A stretch of 50,453 nt of DNA, filler included, from Jimgerdemannia flammicorona (Eukaryota), in NCBI GenBank assembly GCA_003990765.1. It is 2 parts of 2 records of this genome, joined end to end, with 100 filler letters (N's around TTAATTAATTAA, not from the genome) between each part and the next. Parts side by side here need not be neighbours in the genome. Positions count along the whole stretch, not along the records: positions 25,285 to 50,453 come from RBNJ01000871.1; 1 more part is not named here. One strand, 5' to 3'. Below are positions 37,751 to 50,453 of the stretch, one piece after another. Within the stretch, counting starts at the first letter, position 1. The number at the start of each line of letters is the position of its first letter. Below the pieces are notes generated by a model. The model saw nothing but the letters and a program-made list of their open reading frames with translations. It was not told the origin of the DNA and ran no database searches. The translations under genes were made by a program, and so were the position numbers.

Positions 37751-40516
37751 ATAATGTGGTAGATAGGACCAATAGTGGTAGAGAAATGAGGAGCCAAAGT
37801 GGTGGGTTGGTGGATTGGATGGAGATGGAGAGGTTGAGTTCTTTGGTTGATTTGGGGAGACAGTTTTGGGAGGATCATCGAATTTACACTCACTGGGCAG
37901 CAGGGCTGGGCTCTAGGATTGACTGGATATTAATAGCAGAGTGCTGGAGAGCAGATGTCTGGACTGTACTGGAGGTGGTTTGGTTCACATGGTCAGATTA
38001 CTGGAGTCTGTTAGAGGGGGGGAGGTTTGGGGGAAGTGGGGATGGGCCTGGACATTGGTGACTGAACTCCTCTTTATTGAAGGATGGTGTTTTATAGGCT
38101 AACTGGGAGAAGGAGGTTATTGGGAAAATCGGTAGGTGGAGGGAGAAGGGCCTGGAGATTGGGGATTACTGGCAGAGGCTAAAATCAAGTGCTCAGGGGT
38201 ACAGGAGGGAGGCAGGGAAAGGGAGAAGTGTCCAGCAGCAACAGAGAGTACTATGGGCTTCACAGCGATTGGCGGTACTCCTGGGGAGATGGGCTGGGCA
38301 TTAGAGGATTGCGAGGCAGCTGACTGGCATATGTGCAGATTCAAAAGGAAATCAAGAAGCTTAAGGAAGTGATATAAATGGAGAAAGAGGTTGAGCTGAA
38401 GGAGATGGTGACAAGACTGAGGTGGCAAGGGTTGGAGGAGGGTTAGAGACCCACTAGGTTTTTATCATAGTTGTTACAAGTGCAAAGAACTAAACAGTAG
38501 TGGGATGGTCTTTTGAATGAGGATGGGGAGAGAGTGGTGGGGACTCTGCCAATTCTGGGGTTGCTAAGGACCTACTGGGAGGATCTATGGAGTGAGGAAG
38601 AAGGGGGTGAGGATGCTTTGAACATTGAAAGACAATTGGAGGATTGGTATCTGGACCCAGCAATGGGCCTGGGGACTCTGGGGGACCTGGTGAGGGGGGA
38701 GGAAATTTGCAAGGTTTTGGCTTCAACAAGTAAGGGGATGGCACTAAGAGAGGATGGGCTTTCCTGGAATTTTTGGAAAAAGATGGTGGGGGTGGAGGTG
38801 GTATTAGAGGAGATGACAGTGATGTGTGGCGAGGTTCTTCAGTCTGGAACTTAGATTGGAGGCCAGCACCTAGGGCTGGTCTCCTTGCTTTATAAGGATA
38901 AGGGGAGAAGAGAAGATTGGAAGAACTGGAGACTAATCATGCTCCTTGATATGGACTGCAAGCTGGTGACAAAGGTTTTAGTGACTAGACTGCATGGGAT
39001 TACTCAGCAAGTACTAGGAGAAGAGCAAAGAGGGTTTGTTGGTGGTCAGTTAATCTGAGATGAGATGGCCTGGGTCCATGGAGTGATTGAGGTGGCTTGG
39101 GCTGCTGGGGTTGATGGCAGATTAGTGTTTCTGGATCAGGAGAAGACATATGACAGAGTGAGGAAGATCTGGCTGGAGGGAGTACTGAGATGAGTGGGTG
39201 TTCTCCCAGGGTTCAGAAGGTTACTTATCAGTCTTTTGGAGAACAGTCAGGCCACATTGGTAGTTAATAGACACAGGGGTGTAACTTTTCTGCTTGGTCA
39301 TGGGGTGCCACAAGGGGACCATTTGTCACCCATCTTATATACCCTTTCCCTGGAGCCTCTATTGGATAGGATAAAACATCAAATTGGGGGTTTGGACATT
39401 CTGGAGATTAATTGAAAAGTGGGGGCCTTTGTGGATGATATAGTGGTTGGACTGGGTTCATTAGAGAATGTAGAGAAATTGTGGAGGTCTGTAGAATGGT
39501 ATGAGAGTGGCTCAGATACTAAACTCAACTGGTATAAATACAAGACTCTGGTACTAGGCAGTGGAATAGTAGGCAGTGACATGATTGGAATGATAGTGCC
39601 TGCAGAAGACCCAGTTCACTATCTGGAGATCTACTTCTTAGTGTATAGGTCTCTCCTACTCCATGCTTGGTAGGAATAGCAACTTCTAGTATAGAGAAAT
39701 GTGCTCCTACAGTGGGGGGGTTGGCATATATCCTTGGCAGGAAGGGTGATAGTACTGAATATATATTGATTGCCAAAGCTGTAGTATGTGGAGTATCATC
39801 TGAACTTTCCAGCATAGGGGGTCAGGTGACTTCTGAAGATAGTGAGATCATAGATCTGGGCTGGACAGCGAAGTTAGATAGGAAGGAAGGTTCTGACCCT
39901 AACTGTGGACAAAGGCAGGCTAGGCTTGGTGGACTTTACCAAATACCTTCATTGCTTGTGAGTGTGGTGGCTAAAGAGGGCAAGTGAGTTGAAGGGCCAG
40001 AAGTGGGTATCACTCATACAGAGGGTGTGGGAGGCCCAGTATTCCCCCCATGGAGTATCTGGCAATCTGCTAGCAATGGTAGCCCTGGATGGAAGCAAGA
40101 GGATGCAGTATAAGGGCTTTTGGTGGGGGGTGGTGGATGGTTTAAGGAGAATTGGACTTTGGTGGCAGGGTGGTGAGAGAGAGGAAGATTGGGGACTACA
40201 GATGTGGAGATGGGACTGGCTACTGCTGGGGGGTACTTTGGTGGAGGAGTTCCAGCTTGGCAATAGAATGGATTATATGTGGGGCTTAGTGGGGGACCTT
40301 TGGCCTTGAGCAAGCAGGTGATGCAGTGGCTTCCTCCCAAGTTTTGTGTAGTATGGTGGCAGTTTCTCCAGTGGAATGTAATGTTGAACTATCAGTCTGG
40401 CCCCTTGGTGGCAGATGGCACATTTGAGTGTAAGGAATATATGGGTATTGGACAGGAGGGGGGAGTGGTTCAAATACCTGAACATTGGCTTGGTGAGTGT
40501 GACATCCTAGGGGTAT
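37751..40516 (+). mobile_element. LINE B ORF2 (C-terminal half of EN, then RT), inside the inverted segment
   Basis: 'SRIDWILI','WSDYWSL' (EN C-terminus), 'GVPQGDHLSP','AFVDDI'; ends abruptly at the chromovirus LTR start tgtaagtgcac (40517). Confidence 0.85.
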
Positions 40517-40711
40517 TGTAAGTGCACAACCTCTAAGCAATCAAAATCGCATATCATTCTCAGAACCAATTTGGAAACCACAAGCAAGACTACAAAACAA
40601 GTTACTGAAGAGATCATCTGGTTATACAAAATATACCAGCAAGCATGAGAACTCACCACCAAGATACAAGAATACCAGAAGAAGTACTACAACCATAAGA
40701 CCAACTCTGAA

Positions 40712-40784
<73 letters not shown>

Positions 40785-41070
40785 TCACTTGGACTTCCTT
40801 CCTTTATTATGCCCATCTATTCCATATAAATACAGTGATCCCACCCCCTATCTGATCCCCCTAGGGGCCCCCCCCCCTTCTACCCCTTCCCAACAAAAGA
40901 CTACTTTGTCTAACATAATCTCCACTCTTCCACCACTCTGCTCACAGATCCTTACCACCAAACTGCACCATTGCCCCCCCTGAGGACTCCAACCCACCCA
41001 CCATCCCATCAGCAGATCCCCCAACAGCTCCTCCTACCTTGATACCTTCTCCTGCAGCCCCAAATGCTTC
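40517..41070. mobile_element. Inverted block: first ~200 bp of the chromovirus 5' LTR (+ strand), then LINE A poly(A) and 3' end (- strand)
   Basis: 40517-40715 matches the reverse complement of ~26342-26539; poly(T) 40716-40782; 40783-41070 matches the reverse complement of the LINE 3' end at 29030-29320. Confidence 0.85.
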
Positions 41071-43450
41071 ATATTATGTTAAAATCACCCCCCAGACAGT
41101 CAATCCCTGCCTCATCCATAATACCAGCCTTCCTCAGATTTCTAATCCAATCAATCTGCTCCCCCCTCTCTGTTGGGCAATAACATGACCCAACAGTCAA
41201 AGGACTCCATCCAGGCCTCTTCCATACTCCCTACACAAATCAACTCCCCCAATATCCAATATCACCAATGTCCTCTATTCCCTTTCATACTAGGATACCC
41301 ACTCATCTGGTCTACACTGCTGCCTGCCCCCATTCTCTAGTCCAATCCTGTAAGTCTACATCTACCTCATAACATGCATTCTGCAGTAAGAAAATATCTG
41401 CATCCTATCCCCTGAGCCAACCAAATATATACCTTCACTGAGTTGCCCCCCTCAATCCATTCATATTCAAAGAGAATATTCTAGTTATACTGTTCATATT
41501 GAATAATGTTTGAATTTGAGAACCCAGCCTAGTATTACATGCTCATCTCATCCCCAGCCAGATTCAAGCATCTCTCTGCTTCCAGGTCACCTTCCACTAT
41601 AACCTGAGCATCCAATGCCTAAAAGATTTCTTGACATTCCACCCCATCCACCACTTCCATCTCTATCTGATAATCCACACAGACTACTCTCCACTTCTCC
41701 AACTCCTTCTGTGATCCCTATAAGAATGCTGCATATTTATTTGCTATCACCCAAAGTTCCTCCTCTCTCCCATCATCTACTTGATATTCAACTGATTCCA
41801 AGAGTACTGCCAGAATCCATTCCTAACCTTCCTTGGTACCTCCTCACTACAAAGAATTTCCTCCCAATACCTCTCTTCCATAACCTAGAAGTCCTCTCCC
41901 TCCAGCTCCTCCACTGCCACCCCCTCCAGAGTCTTCCACAGCTACTTCTCCTCATCCACCACCTCTGCTACACCCTGGGCAACCCATTTAACTCCCACCA
42001 CAGGGTCCACCAAATCACTCCTCCTCACTAACTCATCCCACTCCTCTTCTAGTATATCTAGTAGTTCCTACTCACCCCCTGCCCGACCTGAGACACCATA
42101 CTGAGGGTATACTTTCTTGCTCATTTCTGCATCCATCTCAATGCCACCCTGTCCCTCCTCCCTTGATCCACCCTGGGCCCCACCTGACCATCCCATGTTC
42201 CCCCACCCAGGCACTTGCTTGCAATCCTGCTCTCTCTTCCACTGCACTGCTGTCAGTCCCACCACCACCCAACTTCTCCAGCAGCTCCTTCTGGATTTGC
42301 CTCCCCTGCATCTTCTCCTAGGCCACCTGATCTATCCTGACCCTCTTTCCATCTACCATTTCCACCACTATCTTGGCTTCATACTTCTTCTAAGCCAATC
42401 TCCTCCTCTCAACCACTCTTGCCAGATTCTTGAGAGCCTCCAGCAAATCCTCCTCCTCTTCCAGAGTCCCTTTCACCCTCAAGACCTTGCACTCCACCTG
42501 TCCCCACTTCAGAGTTGCCAGCCAGTCCCTTGTCTTCCCTGTGATCTCCTTTCCAGCCAACCTTATCCTGATGTTGACATCACCAGTCCGGAGCTCCATG
42601 CCCTCCCAGACTTTGAACCTGATGTCTATAATCTCCCCATACTCCTTGACCATCTCCACAATCAACTCCCTGGCCCTCTCCCTTGACACTGTAGGAAGAT
42701 CCACTGTACTACTCAAGGGTCCCAGCACTTGCATCTGGCCATAAGGACCACTACCCCACCCACTGTTACCCCCTTCTCCATGGCCACCAACAATGTCTCC
42801 TCTTTCTTGAACCCAACTTCAATCCCTTCTTTCCCTTTCAAGAACTTCACTGAAGCCACCTCCTTTACCTCCTGCACCACCAGCCCCAAGATCATCCTTA
42901 CATTCACTACTAAGCCCTGAAAACACAATGTGATGGTGAATTCTGAATTTCTTGCTAATACTATGCCTGTCACACCATCTGCCAGATCCCCAGGCCTCAT
43001 GCTCACCCCCTGTCCTGAACCACCAACTACTGTCACATCTGGATTTTTTTGCCAGATCCCCAGTCACAGCTCCATCAGCAGTCATATCTCCAGCCCCTAC
43101 TCCCCCCCCTCCCCTAATGCCTGACCCTCCCATGGGAGCCCCTCCCTATCCCTCAACAGTAGCTGCTGGTACCTTCTCCAGGCCCAGCCAACTATCTAGA
43201 CCAGAAGTCATTCTTCTCATCTTGACTTTGTCTGCAAAGATCATCCTCTCCACTCTGCATTGCCTCAATCTGCCTCTCTCCACCAGTGCCACAGCCAGTC
43301 ATAGAAGGCCCTGGCATTCCCAAACCATCTTGTCTCCTCCTCCCTACATACTGCTAGTTGATGACACTGCTGCCCCCCTGGCTGATATACTCTCTAGTAT
43401 GTTTATTGCTGTCCATTTTACTAGTTGCCTTTCACCAAAAACACTGTAGA
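41071..43450 (-). mobile_element. LINE B 5' part: ORF1 and N-terminal half of the endonuclease
   Basis: ORF1-like fragments (42713-43036, 42390-42734). EN 'IFGWLRG*DADIFLLQ' ~41400 and 'GGDFNI' ending at ~41071. Confidence 0.75.
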
Positions 43451-43509
43451 AAGTGTTGTCTGAGTCTTGTGTCACCTGAATGTTACTAGTGAAAGGTGCT
43501 GAACCTCCT

Positions 43510-43580
43510 GCCTTCGAAACTCTCACCTCCAAAAATCTCACCTCTAAAACTCTCACCTTCAAAACTCTCACCTCCAAAAT
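43510..43580 (+). repeat. 15-nt minisatellite (aaaactctcacctcc), about 4.5 copies
   Basis: Directly visible tandem units. Confidence 0.8.
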
Positions 43581-44304
43581 TTAGCCCATCCACTACCCAA
43601 ATTGTGGGGAGTATGAAGGGGTATACATTACCAGAAATTATTGAAGAAAATGAATCCTCATACCTTCTGATATCTGGGCCCTTTCTGTTGTCCTCTACAT
43701 GATGATCTTCTACTCCAAATCTGTCCAATAGAGGAACACCAAGAGGGATGATAATGCATTTTTTGCATACATACAGGATCACAATTCCATTTTTGCAAAA
43801 GATGCCAAACATTACCATCAAGGCTAAGAAGGTCATCTGGGCTGGCTTGAAGCTTGCTCCCTACAAACAGGACTATATTTTGGCACCCTAAGACAGTTAT
43901 GGCAAAGCCTGCCAGTTTTTGTGTCTTACCTACCACATCTACCCCTCTCTTCTATTTTCCACCCTACTAGGGTGTGGGATCTGAAGGGAGGAAACAAAAG
44001 AAGAGGAGAGTAGGGGAGGTGAAGGAGTAGAAAAGATACATATACAGACTGAAGAGACTTTGTTTTTGAATGATATAGATGAATTTTGAATGTATTTGAC
44101 ATTATAACCATATAACAAATTTTGCTCTCATATATTATAGCTGTTATTGCATTTATTTAATATTCTTATAATTTACACTTTACTTGAACAGATTATCCTG
44201 AAAGTTGGGTTCATTGATCTGCTCAAAACCATCAACAAATGTATGGACAACAATTAATAAATAAAATAAAAATGTTACCTAACAAAACCAATTCCATGCC
44301 AGTG

Positions 44305-44560
44305 AGTCTGCCAAGGAATCCAACTGTGTGGTTTTTAGTTTTGAGAGAGTTAATGATACCAAGCTTCTGAATCGGCTTCAGCTTCATAAACAGGGTACAC
44401 TACTCGAAGGTTTCATAGAATTTCTCAGAGGAGTGCATATCGAGCTGTGGCCCCATGGTAATGTGTTAATACATTGGATGTTGAATACTGACATCATGGC
44501 AGACACCCCTGGCAATGGGGAGGTTGTTGCCTGTGAAAAAATATATTGATTTTTGACACA
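44305..44560 (-). pseudogene. P-type ATPase (MgtA/P3B Mg2+-ATPase-like) P-domain remnant
   Basis: 'FTGNNLPIARGVCHDVSI' (TGDN motif), then after a frameshift 'GPQLDMHSSEKFYETFE*CTLFMKLKPIQKLGIINSLKTKNHTVGFLG' (the FAKLTPxQK..GHxVGFLGDG region). Confidence 0.6.
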
Positions 44561-46187
44561 ACCTTTAATGAAGTGGTGCGCCCTTGTTCAAATACTTCCA
44601 GCAAAGGACTGCATGGTGACACATGCTCATAGCGCAGTCGAGGTCCAGCATTGACATTATCATTACCTGCGATGCTCTGGCGAATATAAAAAGAGAGAGG
44701 AAGGGGTTTCGGCCCCCCTGTACAAGGTGGTGGTCTTTCACCTTTAACCCTTTGGATCCTCATCGAGACTACGATTGCATTCTCCCTGGAGGTTCCCTTT
44801 ACATGACATTCAGTGTGACGATCTAACCTACTGGATATTAATCCACAGTCAGAATTTGGTGCACATACATTTTCTATGATTTTCATGCACCAACAGAATA
44901 AGCGCTGATACTGATAAATTAATCTGTTCTAAATATTATATTTCAGACATTTTGATGTCATGGCATTTACTGGGACATGAGTGCTAATTACCATACAATC
45001 GTGTCTCTGTATAATATGCCGATGATCTCCAAGCAAAGCTTCCTTTCATTTTGACCAAGCTAAAAATCATGAGAAATATTCTCTAGAGGTCTTTCATAAA
45101 AAGGCCAAACCTGTGGGCCAATTGCTAAAAAGGTATGGCCGAACAAGAATCATGACTTTTTCTTCTTGAACGCTGCTCTAATCAAATCTCAAATTGTATA
45201 AAGAACCTTCGAGTAAGGTAGTCTTCTTTATGAGCTGCTGCAGAAAATCCTGCAGCTCATACGGACCAGCAGATCATTCTATTCTGTTCGAGATCAACGG
45301 ATGTTGACCTCGACCTCATTCCATTGCAGTATGCATGGGTTGGCACTAAATATCTTATTTGCTAATATGTGTTCTCACAAATTCATAACAGAGAAGTACT
45401 GACCCTTTGGATTCTCATATTTTGGGAATGATTGATTTGTATCTCAGCAACCAGCTTTAGAACTTTATCAAGAAATTCCAACTGCCGGCTGCTGTTGAAA
45501 CATTGGGTTTGCTACCCTCTGACAAGCAAGCTCAGATGACTACGGTGCTTCATTTCGTAGGACACTGTGACAACCCGAATGACGGTTCGGGGGCCCTCGT
45601 CTCGACACAATGCGGCTTTGGAAAGATGGAATGCCTCCTCAATGAACCCAAGTAACTATGCATGGCCTTCCAATCTGCCTGTAACATTAGACTACCACTG
45701 ATCAAATTGCCTGCATGGCTACAGATATCAATTGCTGGTGCTGTATCAAGTTCTTCATCACCTATAAATTGAGTTTTACGGGAACACAGAAGCAATTGTA
45801 TGGCGAGCATCCAAATGTACATGTACCTTGTTTATTTTAGATTTTTTCAAAGTAATGCATGTAATGCCGTATATGGCTGCGCAAATTGGCAATCACTATC
45901 CATGTGAATCGCCCTTGTTACCCCTCATGTCAGAATATCAAATATCATTTCAATAAAGCAATTATAATTATCACAGAAAGCAGAAAACAAAAAGCACGAA
46001 AGAAGATGTGGAAAAGAGAAAAAGATATAAAATTCAAGAGAAAATGAATACAACAATGAAAATTTACTTTGGTTGCATGCCTACTATTCGGGCTACAAGC
46101 TCATCGATATTCCCATCTTGTTTTTTCCTTAAAATGTATACACACTGTGCGTTTTCATGGTAACCGATGGTGGTGCCTCCCCTATCC

Positions 46188-49100
46188 TCACCATCCATTG
46201 CGCAATACATTTCGTGATAGATTGCCTCGATGCCATGTGGAATCTCCTTTGAGAAAATTTAGGCAAGGCAGATTTCCCCGCCAGTGCGAACTGCCTCGTA
46301 AAGGCTCCCTGGCGCCGCTTCCCAGAGTTTTTTGGTGACGGTTAGCCCGATCGGCATGACGGAACCCGGAAGAAATATTTCGCACAATGTGTCAATGGAC
46401 GATTTGGCCTCGGGGTCGGGAGCACGAGTGGCAGAGCCAACCCCAAATCGGCCCAACAGGCGCGAATTCGGCCGTTAGAATCCCGAGAATACAGGCAGTT
46501 TTTGGACTTGATGTCACGATGTGCAATTCCGTTGGAATGACCGCGTCCAGCATCTGCCCGAAAACTTCCCGAGCGACTTCCTCAAGTTGGGCTCCCCTAA
46601 GGTTGGCAAGCGACCCGCGAACGTCTCCATCGTCCTTCTTCATCAAAATATAGGCAAGCTTCCCCCCTTCGCCTGTTCCGAAAGTGGCAATGTTTGAGAT
46701 TCATCGAGATTCCCATATCCCGACGGAACTTAGTGAGCTTGTTCTCGGACGCCCCCTGCTTGAAGAACTCCTTGACCGCGATGGTGGATTCTTGAGGGCG
46801 ACGTGCTTCTACAACCAGGCCGAACCTCCCGACCCCAGCTCCCTGAGATAGGTCACGTTCACGTTGATGCGAGAATCCTCAGATTCAGTGAGGTCCTGTT
46901 GGGCGTCAGTATCGGCGGCGTTGGGTTGCGTAGGGTTGGTTTCGACGAGGTTGTCGACGTCGCGTCATGCTCGAAGTCGTTCGACGTGCTTTAAGGATTC
47001 CAAAGAGAGAACAAATACTCTGTCGTAAACTGTTTCGTCGACTTGCTCCTCAAGGAACTCAATCATCAGCAAAATGAGTATACATATGCAGCATGACATT
47101 CCCTTTGGTTGTTCTGCGAATCGTTCATGCTGTCGGGGTCGTTGTTGTGGTTCATGTTCGCGTACGCTTTAAGCTGGTAGGTTAAAAAAAAAAATTTCAA
47201 CTTTTGCAATTTTACAATCATTATGGTGCACAAGCAGAAATCCGTAACTGACATAATGAACCAACAAAAAGGGTACCTTGTCGGACGCGGTAACTATGTT
47301 TACCCAAGGGTTCTTAGATGTAGACGCTTTTGCCACCCTCCAGGGGACAGTCAACTTCCAGAAGGATTTGATAGCAAATGTGTCGCCTCCAGATCGTGTC
47401 GCCCCTAGGTCGGGCTTTGGTTTGGTCAACTTGCCTTTGGGACAATGAAAAAGAGGAATAATACGTCAGTCAAATACTATGCGTCGAGGGCCGTTAATCA
47501 TTAGTCTTGCACAAAACAATCTCGTCGCCAACAACTGAGATGCTTCGGATTAAACAAACTATGTATTTATGGGAAGCACAGCGCACCTTCCAGTTGTTTA
47601 CATACATATGTATTGTCATTGCCCGTTGTTGACAGGAGTCGGTGACAGAAAGGCTGGGAAAAGTGTTGGAAATCGTCTTGGAGAGGATGTCGAAATGAAA
47701 AATCATCCGGGAATGCAAATAGGCCACACCATCTAGCATCTTCCTGAACGCCTCCCGGGGGCCTCCCCAAGGTTGGCAAGCAACTCTGGCAGGTTGCCGT
47801 TGCACTTCTCCATCCGGATTAAGGCGACGTTGCCGAATTCGCCAACATTGATGGACTTGACGATGTTGGCGTGTTTTGCCCTTAAAGATATTCAAGTGAG
47901 CTGGTTTCAACCACTTCGAAAAGAATTTGACCGCCGCTGTACGACCTCAGTGTGTCTGGCTTCGTGGACTAAACTAAAGATCCTGCCCCCAGCTTCCTGA
48001 TAATAGGGATATCTGCATTAATACAGGAACCTATATGGAAGAGGGTAAGGGTAGGTTCATCAACGAGATCGGATCCGACGAGGTCAGTCGACTCGCTGGG
48101 GTTGGCCTTCGACACCGTCCAGATATGACTGAAAATCTCCCGAGCGATCTCCTCAAGTTGGGCTTCCCCTAAAACCCTCGAACATCTCCATCGTGCTTCT
48201 CCATCACAATGTAGAAAATATTTCCCTCTTCGCCTGTTCCGACAGTGGCAACAACATTGCCATGTTTGACGTTCGTTGAGATCTCTATCTCCCGACGGCA
48301 TTTCTTGAGCTTGCGCTAGGACGCCCCCTGCTTGGAGAACCCTTGGCTGCGGTGGTTGAGCATTGGGGGGGGTGACGTGCTTCTACAACCACGCCGAACG
48401 TTCCAGACCTCAGCTCTAGGTCAGGTTCTCGTTGATGTGAGAATCCTGGGATTCGGTGAGGTCCCGTAAGGCGCTAATATCGACGGCGACGTATTGGGCA
48501 GGGTTAGTTTCGGCGAGGTCGTCGACGTCGCGTGAGGTGAGGTCAGGTCCGAAGTCGTTCGACGTGGTTGGGTTCACCTTTAGGGATAATAAAAGAGGGA
48601 AAAAATACTCTGTCATAAACTGTCACGTCGGACTTGCATCTCAAGAATATCAAACATCAGCGAAATGGATATACATATGCAGCATGACATACCGCTTGGT
48701 TGTTCTGCGAATCGCTCAGGATGTTGGGATCGTTGTTGTGATTTTTGTTCATGTTCACGTTAAGCTGGTAGGTAAAACAATTTTGGCAATTTATAATTGT
48801 TATGACCAGTCATATATGCACAAGCTGAATTCCAAATCTGACATAATGAATTACATCTCCATGATTACCCTAGAGTTCTTAGACGTAGACGCTTTTGCTG
48901 CCTTCCAGGGGCCGGAGTCTGGGATCATCATATAAATGACGATAGAGAGAGCCCAAATATCCGAGGAGAACGAACCGTATACCAATCGTGTTCCAGTAAA
49001 ACGTTCCGGTGATATATAGCCTGGGGCGCCATCCTCTGACTAGAGTTTGTCATTGAAATGGAAATACACGACACGTCCAGCATCGATCTGAATCCTGTGT

Positions 49101-50453
49101 TGGTGCCGACGACGTCCGCCTGGATTAACATTTTGGACAGCAAAATAGAAGGAATAAATATATCAGTGAAATTCTTTGGGCGAGTGCTGTTAATGGAGGT
49201 CTTCATAAAACGAACTCGTCGCCAACAACGATGTGACAACATACCATTTGGTTGTCCGGCATATTGACGTTGCACGTCATTGACACAAGGGAGGGTAGGG
49301 ACGTTGTTGAGATGCAGCTCGGTCGCCGTCAGCTTCCAGAAGGGTTATAAAGCCGAGGTATTGTCCCCTGAACATGCCGCTCCGGTTCGGCTGACTTCCC
49401 TTTGAGACTATAAAAGAAGAGGAGTAAATACGTTAGTCAAATATTACTGTACCTAGTATTGTTAATTGTATGCCTTGGATAAACCGAACTCATGGTGTGA
49501 CCGCACAGCATACCTTGTTTTGTAGAGTTGCATGTCGTTGATAAGAGTTATTGACAGGAAGGTTGGAGAAGGTCGGAAAACTGGGAGAGGGTAGGCTGAG
49601 GGGGTGGGGGGGTCAGGAAGGCTAAGGTGGAGAAGGTCAGAAAGACTGGGAGGGGGGGGGGGAGGGTGTCCAGGACGGTTTCGCGCTGCCAGCCAGCCGC
49701 CGTAGATCTCTGCGAAGCGCCTGAGGTGGACTAGATGCTTCATTTTGGTTTCCTTAGAATTGAAGGCGATTCACTGCAGGAATCGCCGGCAATTAACGAG
49801 GAGGGCGGAGTAGAGGACCTTGTTGTGGGCGAGGAACTGGAAGCCTCGCACAGGCCAGAATTTGACATTGCAATGGCATATGTCTGAATGCCTATTTCAA
49901 TCCTGTGTTGGTGACAGCGACAACGGCCTGGGTCAACCTTTGGGAACGAAATCGGAGAAATAAATACGACAGTCTAATATTATCGCTTCGAGCGTTGTTA
50001 ATCAATAGGTCTAGAAATAAAACGAACTAGTCACCAACACCTGGGTGGCAACGCAGAATACCTTTAGGGTGTTCTGTATATTGACATTGAACGTCATTGA
50101 CTAGAGTAGGTGGCAGGAACGCTGTTGATGTCGCTTGGTCACCTGCCAGAAAAGTTTGTTAGCTGAGGTGTCGCCTCCAGATCTTGTCGCCCCGAGTTCG
50201 GGCTTCGGTTTGGCAAAATTGCCTTTGGGATAATAAAAGTGAAGAAGCAATACGTCAGTCGTCGAGGGACTTAATTGTCAATCCTGCACAAAACGATCTC
50301 GTCGCCAACAACTGGGATGCTTCGGATAAACAAGCGATGTATTGATGGGAAGCACAGCGCACCTTCCGGATATTTGCATATTGTCATTGCCCGTCGTTGA
50401 CAGGAGTTGGTGACAGGAAGGCTAGGGAAAGTGTTGGAAATTATCTTGAACAG
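46188..50453 (-). pseudogene. Tandem array of decayed, partly duplicated Ser/Thr kinase gene segments (CAMK/RAN1-like)
   Basis: N-lobe 'YLRELGSG..FGLVVEARRPQESTIAVKEFFK..AREVFGQMLDAV' (46530-46870, paralog 48130-48430); 'FRKMLDGVAYLHSRMIFHFDI' ~47690-47750; 'GAPGYISPE..SSDIWALSIVIYMM..PWKAAK' ~48890-49030. Internal duplications at offsets of ~1.57, ~0.81 and ~2.79 kb; stops and frameshifts. Confidence 0.7.

Overview
Eukaryotic, intron-containing, transposon-rich DNA. It is most likely from an early-diverging fungus (Mucoromycota-like); this is an inference from the 'WIPYNQF...HxDLHxGN' TKL kinase, the short GT-AG introns and the TE families. The main result is a 23-24-exon minus-strand gene (11953->5384) that the ORF track breaks into fragments. 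Manual splicing joins, with every intron phase consistent, an N-terminal PAK/STE20-like kinase, a Pro/Thr-rich repeat linker, 16 ribonuclease-inhibitor-like LRRs each on its own symmetric phase-1 exon (15 x 84 nt, 1 x 81 nt) and a C-terminal TKL kinase. This dual-kinase LRR protein would be about 1,410-1,440 aa, but exon 1 carries one in-frame TAA. Much of the rest is nested, CpG-depleted, transition-hypermutated retroelements. Two different Ty3/Gypsy elements each carry a dUTPase plus the same small Cys/His module, in opposite order relative to the protease. Their long LTRs contain their own degenerate ORF. There are four L1/Tx1-like LINE copies, a reconstructable ~3.3-kb inversion, and a young CpG-rich DNA-transposon-like end. 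An artificial N-TTAATTAATTAA-N spacer at 25185-25284 means linkage across it is unproven. The right end holds a P-type ATPase remnant and a tandem array of decayed Ser/Thr kinase segments.
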